A stretch of DNA of 64,000 nucleotides from the IMG/VR virus record IMGVR_UViG_3300009702_000014, positions 62,445 through 126,444 of that record; one strand, 5' to 3'. Shown piece after piece: positions 26,653-35,772 of the stretch. Source of the DNA: a virus. Lineage: Duplodnaviria; Heunggongvirae; Uroviricota; Caudoviricetes. The notes beneath the pieces are model-generated. The model did no database searches, was not told the origin of the DNA, and worked only from the letters and a program-made list of their open reading frames with translations. The position numbers were made by a program, and so were the translations under genes. Positions within the stretch are counted from its first letter, which is position 1; each line of letters begins with the position of its first letter.

Positions 26653-26904
26653 TTAGGCTTTCCTTTCCAAAGCATGTACTAAGGTATTAAGCTGTAGTCT
26701 GTCTACTTCATTGATTAATTCGTCAAAGCCACCTTCTATCTGAAAGCTATACTTTTCTTCTAAGTAGACTAAAAGTGCAAGCTGGTTAGAGCCTATTCCC
26801 GTTTTGACATATTCAGAGTCCATTGCCAATTCGGAAAGTCTACGACCATTCAGTATTTCCATACGCTGCCCTATACCTTTCATCCGCGTGCATACATCTA
26901 TCAC
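26653..26904 (-). CDS. hypothetical protein
   Basis: 83-aa ORF. Confidence 0.35.
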   Translation of the reverse strand: MIDVCTRMKGIGQRMEILNGRRLSELAMDSEYVKTGIGSNQLALLVYLEEKYSFQIEGGFDELINEVDRLQLNTLVHALERKA

Positions 26905-27052
26905 ACACTATATTTTCATCGGGGTCTGCAAACCAAGCCCAGTGCCCTTCGCGGGTGTCATAAAAACCTGCTGTTACATCGGAGTAGTCAGGATGAATAA
27001 AACTGTGAATGATAACTCCGCACCTATCGCATGTAACTGTAACTTCTTCCAT
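26840..27052 (-). CDS. zinc-ribbon-like small protein
   Basis: CDRCG ... CDRCM cysteine pairs. Confidence 0.35.
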   Translation of the reverse strand: MEEVTVTCDRCGVIIHSFIHPDYSDVTAGFYDTREGHWAWFADPDENIVCDRCMHADERYRAAYGNTEWS

Positions 27053-27089
27053 GCGCAGATTGTATCATGTGTGTTTGAAAAAGGTAAAA

Positions 27090-27359
27090 TCATCGAAGTC
27101 TTTCAATTAGATTCTCTATAGTGTACCCCAGGAACAGGGTTAGAAGTATGAGAAACACGAAAAAGACACAGCTAGAGAATAGATTCAAATCACCTAAGGC
27201 CCCGTGAGACAGATAGAGTACGTCTAAACCACCAAAAAGCACCGCAATGCTTCCGAAAAGTAGATTAGAAAACCAATTGATTATATGACGTAACATTCTA
27301 TCACCACCAAAAGTCCGAGTAAAATGCTGAATATCCCGTGTTACTCTGGCAATATCCAA
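27090..27359 (-). CDS. small membrane protein
   Basis: hydrophobic 89-aa ORF. Confidence 0.35.
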   Translation of the reverse strand: MDIARVTRDIQHFTRTFGGDRMLRHIINWFSNLLFGSIAVLFGGLDVLYLSHGALGDLNLFSSCVFFVFLILLTLFLGYTIENLIERLR

Positions 27360-27371
27360 CTCTCTATCGTT

Positions 27372-27626
27372 TCAGACCTCCGTTGGAGTTCCGTAAATAG
27401 GTGTCTGGATTCCATCTTCCAGAAAGTCCTCAATAGAATGAGCTAATCCCTCGGAAATTTCGGCCTTTCGTACCCAAATCTTCTCCGACATAAGTTTATG
27501 CCATTCTCCTACGTAGTTTTTGGTTACTTCCCGTAAAAGTAGTTTCGCAAACGTTAAATCATCCATTTTTAACCTTTCGGGGGTGGACAAGCTTCGAAAC
27601 CGATTTGTAACCTTCTTCCGTGCCAA
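27372..27626 (-). CDS. hypothetical protein
   Basis: 84-aa ORF. Confidence 0.35.
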   Translation of the reverse strand: MARKKVTNRFRSLSTPERLKMDDLTFAKLLLREVTKNYVGEWHKLMSEKIWVRKAEISEGLAHSIEDFLEDGIQTPIYGTPTEV

Positions 27627-27662
27627 TCCTGATTATACCACCCTATACACTTATACACAAGA

Positions 27663-27905
27663 CTATGCATTCTCTCGGGCCAAATGGGCTACGAAAGCAT
27701 TGTCGTCAACTATCTTATGGTCTTCTCGGGACTGTTCATAGCCCGCAAAATACCCCCATGCCCCGAAAGCAAAGCTAGCAAAGACAAAGATAGTCACCAA
27801 ACCAAGATTTAGTACATTTACAGAATGTGGCGTTATAAGAAAAGCCATCAAGCCGACCACGCCAAGGGCTTGCAAAAAACCAAAGAGCATCATATACTTA
27901 GGCAT
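27663..27905 (-). CDS. small membrane protein
   Basis: two hydrophobic helices; last minus-strand gene before the strand switch. Confidence 0.4.
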   Translation of the reverse strand: MPKYMMLFGFLQALGVVGLMAFLITPHSVNVLNLGLVTIFVFASFAFGAWGYFAGYEQSREDHKIVDDNAFVAHLARENA

Positions 27906-27945
27906 AGTTTAACTTCCTTCCTGTTACTGTTTTAAAGTAAGCAAG

Positions 27946-28272
27946 ATGAGAAGTATGAAATCTCACGTTTCTCACTCATATATATGTAGAATGGAGACTA
28001 TGGACACGCTTACTGACGAACAAGTTGAGTTTATGGATAAAATTCTTACCTTTCTTCTCTATTTGGAAACCATCACGTTAAGTCAAAACGAAATGATGTC
28101 TCCACAAGCGACGAAAGGCGACCTGATATCTAGTTGGGTGATATACAATAACAACATCACTACCTCAATGGCCAAGGAGATTCTAGACTCTGAGTATATG
28201 AAAGAGTATATCTCCGTCACCAACGAGGCTGAGAGAAAAAAGATTGAGGAAAAGTACCAAGAGGTTAACTAA
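27946..28272 (+). CDS. hypothetical protein (first gene of the plus-strand block; true start may be internal Met METMD)
   Basis: 108-aa ORF. Confidence 0.4.
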   Translation: MRSMKSHVSHSYICRMETMDTLTDEQVEFMDKILTFLLYLETITLSQNEMMSPQATKGDLISSWVIYNNNITTSMAKEILDSEYMKEYISVTNEAERKKIEEKYQEVN

Positions 28273-28817
28273 TGGAATTTATTGTGATGAACAGACAAGA
28301 AGCAGCGAATAGCACACGTCCTGGTGTGTATGGGGGTATCGTCTCCATCAATGACCCCGGCATGAAGATGCCGTGGGAAGTTAAGAATTTCCATAAAGGG
28401 CTCCGGCTTTCATTGTATTTCCATGACATTCGCAAGCCGCTTCCTCGCAATGCTACCCCATTTAAAATAGGGGCGTATCAGCCACCAACAAAGGAGGATG
28501 CGGAAAAGATTATCAATTTCGCTCGCCTTCTCCCCGAAGACGCAAAGGTCATGACACATTGTTACGCGGGCATCAGTCGCTCCAGTGCAGCCGCTATCAT
28601 CATCATTGCTACGCGGTATAACAAAGAAGAGGCGACTCAAAAAATCAAACAACTGGGAGAGGATTACCCTTGGATTTACCCTAACCAACTCCTAATCAAC
28701 TATGCTGCTGAAATTCTTGAATTGCCGTGGCTAGAAGGAACAGTGTCTTGGGCCATCAGTCATGGTATGTACGAGGATGGTTGGGAACCCTTGACAGAAA
28801 GGAAAGTAAATGGGTAA
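28272..28817 (+). CDS. cysteine-based (dual-specificity/PTP-like) phosphatase
   Basis: CX5R P-loop VMTHCYAGISRSS. Confidence 0.6.
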   Translation: MEFIVMNRQEAANSTRPGVYGGIVSINDPGMKMPWEVKNFHKGLRLSLYFHDIRKPLPRNATPFKIGAYQPPTKEDAEKIINFARLLPEDAKVMTHCYAGISRSSAAAIIIIATRYNKEEATQKIKQLGEDYPWIYPNQLLINYAAEILELPWLEGTVSWAISHGMYEDGWEPLTERKVNG

Positions 28818-29187
28818 AAAGAGTAGCGCGAAGAAAAAACTACGCCCATTCAAACAGGCTAATGTGACTTTCCATAAGTGGACAGAGGGGGATAAGGAAT
28901 ACGAGATTCAAGAGATTCACCCCTCAGGCACAGACCCTTCTACCGAAGAAATGGTAAAAGGAATGTCACTAATAGCCAAGTCAGGACCAGAGACTTTCGA
29001 TGGTCTTATGCAAATGCTTATCAAGGCCCTTCCTAAGCGTAGATTTTACGTCATAACCCCAAGAGAATTCGTCCTGGGCGAAACCCCAATCCTTGTGGCA
29101 ACATACCCTGCACTTACAGAAGGACAAACCCGGCGTATAAAAGATGGCATAGAGAGCATTAGGAAGCAGAAGGGGTTGACAACATAA
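28810..29187 (+). CDS. hypothetical protein
   Basis: 125-aa ORF. Confidence 0.4.
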   Translation: MGKKSSAKKKLRPFKQANVTFHKWTEGDKEYEIQEIHPSGTDPSTEEMVKGMSLIAKSGPETFDGLMQMLIKALPKRRFYVITPREFVLGETPILVATYPALTEGQTRRIKDGIESIRKQKGLTT

Positions 29188-29204
29188 CTCTGGCGTGCTA
29201 TACT
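29176..29204 (+). promoter_or_regulatory. near-consensus sigma70-type promoter TTGACA-N17-TATACT
   Basis: TTGACA at 29176-29181, 17-nt spacer, TATACT at 29199-29204. Confidence 0.5.
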
Positions 29205-29210
29205 ATTGAT

Positions 29211-29538
29211 GTTGAAGGAAATAGCAACCAGGAAGTCGCATACTTCGATTACAAATGATACCGGTTATCCGCTGAGTGTAGGATGCGAAAAACCGCGACT
29301 TCAAAAACTTCTAGTACTTTAACCGCATTAAAGCACTCCTCTCTTTGGAGAGTACCACAATAAGTTTTTATAGGGGAGCCATATACTCCCCGCTCACAAA
29401 TAAATAATCTTTAGCAGCCAGGTTTTCGGTTACTTCGATACTAACTCGTCATATAGCACCGAACTCCACTTTTCTCTAAGGATATTTCTTTACGGATTTA
29501 CCCCTGGATGCTACACCATGTATCCAGGGTTTTCTTTT
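29211..29538 (+). ncRNA. candidate ~330-nt structured non-coding transcript directly upstream of the Ro60 orthologue (Y-RNA-like candidate)
   Basis: delimited by the promoter above and an intrinsic terminator; no ORF of 60 aa or more; 8-bp inverted repeat GAAGTCGC..GCGACTTC and several hairpins (GGGGAG..CTCCCC; CTCTC..GAGAG). Confidence 0.3.
29502..29538 (+). terminator. rho-independent terminator
   Basis: CCCTGGAT-12 nt-ATCCAGGG followed by TTTTCTTTTG. Confidence 0.6.
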
Positions 29539-29717
29539 GCTTCAATCGGCTATGATTGAACTTAAAGAAGAATACAGAAACCTAATCGAACTAAAAAATC
29601 TAGTAGGGAAGCTTTTCATCATTTTTATGGATGCTCCCTTATGCGAGCAGGAGGACAGAGTGACTCACCTTCTTATCTGCCTGTTCGAAAGCTATCATAA
29701 TCTAAAAGGAGATTAAT

Positions 29718-31274
29718 ATGAACAAACTAAACACTACCAGACAACCAAGAACCCGTTATGTTAACACCTACGAGGGCGGTCGCGGCCTCAAGGTCGGCGC
29801 TGAGGAAGAATTGGCGTTTCTAACCTTCGCTAGCAATTTCCATGACAAGTTTTATGAAACCGGTAAGGCTACTCTAAAGCGTATGGAGGCTCTTGTTAAC
29901 CAGTCGCGCCCGGAGTTCGTCCAACAGCTAGCCCGTGTTGCTCGTCAAGAGTTCAACATGCGTGCTACCCCAGCAGCTTTGACGGCTTTCTATACCTTGA
30001 AGCATGGACAGCCAGATAATGATAAGCTTATCACTGACGCTTTCTTCCGTGGCGACGAAATCGGTGACTACCTAGCCGTAGTCGAATCTGCCTCCCGTAA
30101 GGGTAAGGTTATTCCTTCTGCCGTTCGTTTTGCTCGTCGCGTTTTGCAGGAACAGCTAAATGAGCGTAAGGCTCTGCGTTATGCTCGTTCTGGACGTGCC
30201 TGGAGCCTAGCTAAGATTATTCGCCTAAGCCACGCCCGCATGGGTGCTACCCCAGCCCAGGAAGCTCTCTTTAATTTCGTGCTCGCATGGAATGGTGAAG
30301 GTAGCTTGACAAAGGCGTGGGAAACGCTGCCCTCCGCACAGCGCAAGTTGCTTCCGACTATCAAGCAGGCTGTCGAAGGTGGAGACGCCGACGGCAGCAT
30401 CAGTTGGGAACGTACTATTTCTGCTGCTGGTGCAGAGAAGGACTGGACTAGGGTTGTAGATAAGATGGGCTACATGGCCCTTCTACGTAACCTTCGTAAC
30501 TTCCTCCAGGACGTTCCGGCTAAGAATACGGAATTCTGGAACACGGTTACTCGTAGGCTAGCTGACGAGGAAGAAGTCTTGGCTTCTAAGCAATTCCCAT
30601 TCCGTTTCTACTCTGCATACAAGGCTATTAAGGATATGCAGCACGCTAAGACTCACGCGGTCATTGATGCGCTGTCTACTGCCTTGGACTACTCGGCACG
30701 CAATCTCCCGGAATTCCCGGAAAAGACCCTTATCGTTATCGACGCTTCCGGTTCTATGAGTAGTGGTTTGCTTTCCGACAAGTCTGAAATGTCTTATCGT
30801 GAAGTCGGGGAAGTTTTGGGTGCAGCTCTATTCACTACGACAGGTGCAGATGTTGTACACTTCGGTACGACTGCGTACAAGCACAACGGCCTCGACGTAA
30901 ACAGTGGTGTTCTAAACACCCTTAATGAGTTTGCTACGGTCAACCACAGCACGGTAAGGGGCATCTATATGGGTCGGGGTGGCCGCAAGATGGTCGGCCA
31001 CAGCACAGAGCTTGGTTCCATTCAAAGCGTTGTAAATGTTAACGACTATGATGCTATCATCGTTTTCTCTGACATGCAGCTAGCTGATAGTGCCAGCAGC
31101 ACCCTTGGTAACTACAAGGGTAAGCTCTACACTGTCAATATGGCGGGCTATGAGGCCCAGCTAGACCTACGTAGCAACGATGTTGTTGCTGTCGGGGGTT
31201 GGAGCGAAGCTGTTCTCCGGCTTATGTCGCTTATCACACGTAACCAGCTTATCAAGTACATCCTGGACTACTAG
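29718..31274 (+). CDS. rsr: Ro60-like RNA-binding protein (TROVE domain plus C-terminal vWA domain)
   Basis: vWA MIDAS TLIVIDASGSMSS; 518 aa with N-terminal region resembling TROVE as recalled; strong RBS AAAGGAGA. Confidence 0.6.
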   Translation: MNKLNTTRQPRTRYVNTYEGGRGLKVGAEEELAFLTFASNFHDKFYETGKATLKRMEALVNQSRPEFVQQLARVARQEFNMRATPAALTAFYTLKHGQPDNDKLITDAFFRGDEIGDYLAVVESASRKGKVIPSAVRFARRVLQEQLNERKALRYARSGRAWSLAKIIRLSHARMGATPAQEALFNFVLAWNGEGSLTKAWETLPSAQRKLLPTIKQAVEGGDADGSISWERTISAAGAEKDWTRVVDKMGYMALLRNLRNFLQDVPAKNTEFWNTVTRRLADEEEVLASKQFPFRFYSAYKAIKDMQHAKTHAVIDALSTALDYSARNLPEFPEKTLIVIDASGSMSSGLLSDKSEMSYREVGEVLGAALFTTTGADVVHFGTTAYKHNGLDVNSGVLNTLNEFATVNHSTVRGIYMGRGGRKMVGHSTELGSIQSVVNVNDYDAIIVFSDMQLADSASSTLGNYKGKLYTVNMAGYEAQLDLRSNDVVAVGGWSEAVLRLMSLITRNQLIKYILDY

Positions 31275-31278
31275 GAAA

Positions 31279-31308
31279 GGCCCCGCTTCGGCGGGGTTTC
31301 ACTTTTCT
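31279..31308 (+). terminator. rho-independent terminator after the Ro60-like gene
   Basis: CCCCGC-TTCG-GCGGGG followed by TTTCACTTTTCTC. Confidence 0.6.
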
Positions 31309-31313
31309 CATGT

Positions 31314-31598
31314 TTGTTTAGAGTAAGATGTTGTTCATTGAAGGAGGAAGTCATGCACAATCATCGAGCAGTTGCAGCTATCGAAAGGGCTGCACTTGAA
31401 GGTCTAGGTATTATTGCTGTTATGTGGGCGTTCCTAGCCCTCTTTGGAAGTTACATAGGGTTTGTTTCATCCACATCAGGCAGTTTCACCGGTTATTTCG
31501 GTGTTCTCGTGCTATACACCTTAGTAAGGGCAATTTTTCTTGCCAGAAAGGAAACTAAATTAAGAAGAAGCTGGTGTTGCTCTTGTTGGTCTCGTTGA
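31314..31598 (+). CDS. small membrane protein
   Basis: two hydrophobic helices; precedes and overlaps the SPFH gene. Confidence 0.4.
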   Translation: MFRVRCCSLKEEVMHNHRAVAAIERAALEGLGIIAVMWAFLALFGSYIGFVSSTSGSFTGYFGVLVLYTLVRAIFLARKETKLRRSWCCSCWSR

Positions 31599-32446
31599 GC
31601 TTTATTCTCGGAGCCTGTTCGTATGTAGCCCCCGGGGAAGTCGGCATTAAAATCGACAAGATGGGGCATCACCGTGAGGTAACAAATGCTGATGTGGTCG
31701 TTGGGCGTGTGTTCTATAATCCCATCACTACAGGTATCGTCACCTATCCAATTAAGGCTGAGCGTATCGTTTGGACTCGCAGCAACACCGAAGGTAGTCC
31801 AAACAACGATGAAATCGACTTTAACTCTAAGGAAGGGTTGAAGCTAACTGCCGATGTGGCACTAACGGTTTCTGTCAACCCAAAGTGTGCTCCCCAATTG
31901 TATAACACATATAAGCAGCCGCTTAGTGTCCTCATTCAAGGAACCATCCGAGATATTGTTCGTGAAAATATGAGAAGAGTTTCTTCGAATATGGGCGTCG
32001 AGGATATCATCGGGAGCGGAGCCGACAGCTTTAATCAACAGGTAAAGGCTGGTATCACTAAAGAGCTTGCCCCGATGTGTGTAGATGTTAAAGAGTTCTC
32101 TGTTCTAGGTACTATTCGGGTACCAGACAGTGTTACTGCTTCAATTCATCAGAAGATTCAGGCTCAGCAAGATGCGCTAACCGAAATGAATAAGGTTAAG
32201 GTCGCCCAGGCACAAGCCGACCAGATGCGGGAATTGGCGCAAGGTAAGGCAGACTCCGCTGTTATTCAAGCTAAGGGTGAAGCAGAAGCCCTCAAGATTC
32301 GTGGACAGGCTCTAGCCAATAACCCCGAGATTCTACAGCTTGAAGCAATTCAGCAATGGAATGGCGTGCTACCACAGTACATGCCGGGTACTCAGTCGGG
32401 AGCACTACCTTTCGGCATCATGGTAAACCCTCTAGCTAAAAAGTAG
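31574..32446 (+). CDS. SPFH/band-7 (stomatin/prohibitin/HflC-like) membrane protein
   Basis: N-terminal TM, SPFH core, then long Ala/Gln-rich coiled-coil QAQADQMRELAQGKADSAVIQAKGEAEALKIRGQA. Confidence 0.6.
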   Translation: MLLLLVSLSFILGACSYVAPGEVGIKIDKMGHHREVTNADVVVGRVFYNPITTGIVTYPIKAERIVWTRSNTEGSPNNDEIDFNSKEGLKLTADVALTVSVNPKCAPQLYNTYKQPLSVLIQGTIRDIVRENMRRVSSNMGVEDIIGSGADSFNQQVKAGITKELAPMCVDVKEFSVLGTIRVPDSVTASIHQKIQAQQDALTEMNKVKVAQAQADQMRELAQGKADSAVIQAKGEAEALKIRGQALANNPEILQLEAIQQWNGVLPQYMPGTQSGALPFGIMVNPLAKK

Positions 32447-32657
32447 GCACCCCTTTCGAAGGCCCGGCCCTAAAAGCTGGGGCTTTTCTTTTAAGGAGAA
32501 GCATGTCAGACGAACGCTATTGTTTTCGACAAGACGACTCTTCGGAGTATAGTTTTGTTGACCCGCAATACGAATGAGGTTATAATGGGACTGTGGATTA
32601 CAACATATAAGTATAAGGTAAGGAGGCAAAGAATGGAGTTTCTAAAGGAGGCCGACG

Positions 32658-32933
32658 ATGAGGGTGTACCTAATCGACGTTACGACTCATCCGGCCACTA
32701 TCAGGATAGGTAATTATAATCGTTCCAAAGACAAGAAGATTGCTGACGTAGACGTGATTCATGGGACGAATGGTGCATCATGGAATGAGCACCGTACATG
32801 GAACAAAGAAATGATGTATACCTCGTTCAAAGGGGCAAAACAATTTCTTTCTAATTATTATATTTCAAAAGGACAGCTAGATATAGCTAAGTATTTTGCA
32901 GAATTAGTAGAGGAAGACTATGATTTCGGATAA
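32658..32933 (+). CDS. hypothetical protein
   Basis: 91-aa ORF. Confidence 0.35.
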   Translation: MRVYLIDVTTHPATIRIGNYNRSKDKKIADVDVIHGTNGASWNEHRTWNKEMMYTSFKGAKQFLSNYYISKGQLDIAKYFAELVEEDYDFG

Positions 32934-33201
32934 TAGTGTGTTTAACTATCTTGTTATCGACTATGCTGCAACAGGAGAAGGCAGAAGCTTTTGGTACATC
33001 CGTGTCCCGGCGTCATGGTCCCTTGAAAGAAAACTTAAATGTCTACAACATACTTTCTTCTCTGATGAAAGCGCCTGGGAATTTTATAAGATAGACGTAG
33101 TGGAATATACTAACTATGAAGATGTATGTAGAGTCTATGCTTTCATGCCATTATCTCTTGATTCCCCGGCGAACATGTTTATTAGGTGGGAGCCACTATG
33201 A
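32920..33201 (+). CDS. hypothetical protein
   Basis: 93-aa ORF. Confidence 0.35.
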   Translation: MISDNSVFNYLVIDYAATGEGRSFWYIRVPASWSLERKLKCLQHTFFSDESAWEFYKIDVVEYTNYEDVCRVYAFMPLSLDSPANMFIRWEPL

Positions 33202-33725
33202 TTGTAAATGTTATAGATGTAGAAGCTACCTGCTGGCAAGGAAAACCACCGGTAGCTTCTGAAATTATTGAGATTGGTATTGCTGAGATTAACCTCGACA
33301 CGCATGAGCTTATCAATGCCAATGGTATGTTTGTTAAACCTATTCTTTCAACTTCTCTTAGCCCGTTTTGCACAGAGCTAACGGGTCTTACTGACGAGGA
33401 GATTTTTGAAAACTCCGCAGCGTATGATTTTTCTAAGAGTGCTCAGGTTTTGATTGAGGAATATAACTCCGTAAAACGCCCCTGGTTGAGTTGGGGGCAG
33501 TATGACTTCAATCAGTTCCAACGAGACGCACAGTTACATGGCATCAAAAATCCTATGGGGCGTAACCATCTTAACCTAAAGCTTCTGTACTCGCTTAAAA
33601 CCGGTAAAAAACAAGTCGGAATGGATAAGGCTCTTAAAGAGCTGGGCATGGAGCTTATTGGGCAGCACCACAGTGGGCAGGATGATGCCCACAATATTGC
33701 TCGGATTGCACTTGAAATTCTATGA
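33186..33725 (+). CDS. DEDDh-type 3'-5' exonuclease
   Basis: Exo I VIDVEATC, Exo II WGQYDFNQF, Exo III HSGQDDAHNIARI. Confidence 0.6.
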   Translation: MGATMIVNVIDVEATCWQGKPPVASEIIEIGIAEINLDTHELINANGMFVKPILSTSLSPFCTELTGLTDEEIFENSAAYDFSKSAQVLIEEYNSVKRPWLSWGQYDFNQFQRDAQLHGIKNPMGRNHLNLKLLYSLKTGKKQVGMDKALKELGMELIGQHHSGQDDAHNIARIALEIL

Positions 33726-34651
33726 TTCTTTCAGGTACAGGGCACCGCCCTAATAAGCTAGTAGCACACGGGAAGCAAGCATACCCTAATCCCAACACTT
33801 ATGGTTTTGGATATGCTTATTCTCGTCTTATAGACTTGGCTTATGCCTATCTGCTTAAATTAAAGCCTGCAAAAGTTGTCTCAGGGATGGCTTTGGGATG
33901 GGATTTGGCGCTTGCTCAGGCTGCTCTTTATGCAGAGATTCCCTATATAGCTGCTGTGCCGTTTAGGGGTCAAGAGTCCCAATGGCCCGAAAGTAGTCAA
34001 AAATATTACCGTGCTGTTCTTTCTATGGCCGAATCTATTGAATATATCTCTCCTGGAGAGTACTCGGCGTGGAAAATGCAAAGCCGCAATAAATGGATGG
34101 TGGACCATAGCGACACCGTATTAGCTTTATGGAATGGGACTCCCGGAGGAACAGCCAACTGCATAAAGTATGCCGAAGAGACCAAGATTCACATTATTAA
34201 TGCCTGGGATAGTTGGGATAATCACAAAGAGGATAGATTTGAATTTTCTAACTTCGGTTTGGCAGATGTGCCCTATGGTGGTATAATATACCCATCGGTA
34301 GAGAACTTCTACCAAGCAATGAAAACAACGAATCCTGTGATGCGCAAGCATATAGCTAGCGTCTCCCCGGAGGAAGCAAAAGCCTTGGGCCGAAAGGTGA
34401 CGTTGAGAACAGATATTGATTGGGATAACATTAAGGAAGAAATCATGAGGACTGGCTTGCATATTAAGTTCTCAGAGAATAAGGAGTGGCTTCGTAAGCT
34501 ACTTGCCACGAAGGGAAAGCCCCTTATCGAATGGAATACGTGGGATGATACATTTTGGGGAAAAGATATTAAGTCCGAACAAGGTGATAATCGGTTAGGT
34601 ACCCTCCTAGAAGAGATACGGGAGGTTCACCGGCCACCAGGGGAGGAGTAA
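33722..34651 (+). CDS. two-domain protein: N-terminal Rossmann-like (possibly SLOG/YpsA-like) domain fused to a C-terminal NADAR (YbiA-like) domain
   Basis: C-terminal YPSVENFYQAMK...AKALGRKV...DWDNIKEEIMRTGLHIKFSEN...LIEWNTWDDTFWGKD..GDNRLGTLLEEIR matches the NADAR pattern as recalled; start overlaps the exonuclease stop. Confidence 0.55.
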   Translation: MILSGTGHRPNKLVAHGKQAYPNPNTYGFGYAYSRLIDLAYAYLLKLKPAKVVSGMALGWDLALAQAALYAEIPYIAAVPFRGQESQWPESSQKYYRAVLSMAESIEYISPGEYSAWKMQSRNKWMVDHSDTVLALWNGTPGGTANCIKYAEETKIHIINAWDSWDNHKEDRFEFSNFGLADVPYGGIIYPSVENFYQAMKTTNPVMRKHIASVSPEEAKALGRKVTLRTDIDWDNIKEEIMRTGLHIKFSENKEWLRKLLATKGKPLIEWNTWDDTFWGKDIKSEQGDNRLGTLLEEIREVHRPPGEE

Positions 34652-34654
34652 TTA

Positions 34655-35041
34655 ATGGATTTTCTGAATGCCTTAGAACTTTCGCTAGCCACAGAGAAGC
34701 ATATGTGGCGTTTTCAAGAAGAAGCATATGCGGCGGCTGCCAGAAAACGCGGCTATACCTTTGTCCACACGCCTACCGAGACTGCTATTCTCCTAGAGAT
34801 TACCACAGATGAGAACAACCATGTTGTGTCTCAACAACTATCCTTTATCGAAGTTATGATGGTACAGGGTAAATATAGACAGTTAGCTAATTCCTCAAAT
34901 AATACCACTGTAGAAATACCTGAGGACAGTGACATTTATGCAAATCTGATGGAGATTCGTGATGTAGAGAAGCTATTTGAACATGTCAACCATACTAGTG
35001 ATTTTATTAACCACGTTATGTCCAGTTTCAAAAACCCGTAG
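34655..35041 (+). CDS. hypothetical protein
   Basis: 128-aa ORF. Confidence 0.4.
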   Translation: MDFLNALELSLATEKHMWRFQEEAYAAAARKRGYTFVHTPTETAILLEITTDENNHVVSQQLSFIEVMMVQGKYRQLANSSNNTTVEIPEDSDIYANLMEIRDVEKLFEHVNHTSDFINHVMSSFKNP

Positions 35042-35223
35042 ATTGGAATAGATGGAGAGCCTATATTCCAGGAAATGTTAACGGCAGTTGTAATACGGAA
35101 TTAGAAGCCGCTAAAAAGAACGGAACATATCATGAAAACAGTACTTAAAACAGATTTCATAGACTATTATGATTTTTTTTTGACACATTAATAATCCCGG
35201 AACCACACCACACCTTCAAGCGT

Positions 35224-35772
35224 ATGGGGCGTACTAATTTTAGTCGTCAGGCTGCATTGAATTTTCTGGATGATTGGGGGTATGTCTACACTGTTCCTCA
35301 CGGCTATCTCGGAGATTTAGGAGAGCAGTTTGGCTTTGACCAGGAAGCAGTCATATACCTAGACCCATATGCCCATCAGGGCGATGGTAAAACAGTCATG
35401 AAAATCAGAGAAGCAGTCAAGCTATATCCTGACTCTTATGCTTCTTTGTTTTACCCTCGAAATTATAGCATCAGACAGCTTCAAATAGGCAGACAAGACA
35501 TTTTTCTCAAATACTCCTCTGACCACCCGTGGAAGTCTAATGTAGGTAACGTACAAATTGAAAAGGTTAGTGCGGCCCCAAGGATGGGAAGTTATAACGA
35601 GTACTTTCCCATGTTTGCCATAGATTACATTCCCTTCACAGAATTTGAACTTCTGGCCGTAGATTTAAATACAGCCCCCCTCATCAAATTCACACCTGTA
35701 GAAGATATAATGAGCCCTAAAGAAATTGTTAATGAAATTCGTGGATGGATGGAGTGGAAATATGGTAACTGA
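35224..35772 (+). CDS. hypothetical protein
   Basis: 182-aa ORF. Confidence 0.4.
   Translation: MGRTNFSRQAALNFLDDWGYVYTVPHGYLGDLGEQFGFDQEAVIYLDPYAHQGDGKTVMKIREAVKLYPDSYASLFYPRNYSIRQLQIGRQDIFLKYSSDHPWKSNVGNVQIEKVSAAPRMGSYNEYFPMFAIDYIPFTEFELLAVDLNTAPLIKFTPVEDIMSPKEIVNEIRGWMEWKYGN

Noticed and set aside
29718-31274. Major capsid protein assignment for the 518-aa ORF (similar size to T4 gp23)
   Set aside because: It contains a clear vWA MIDAS motif and Ro60-like architecture; no similarity to gp23 by eye.
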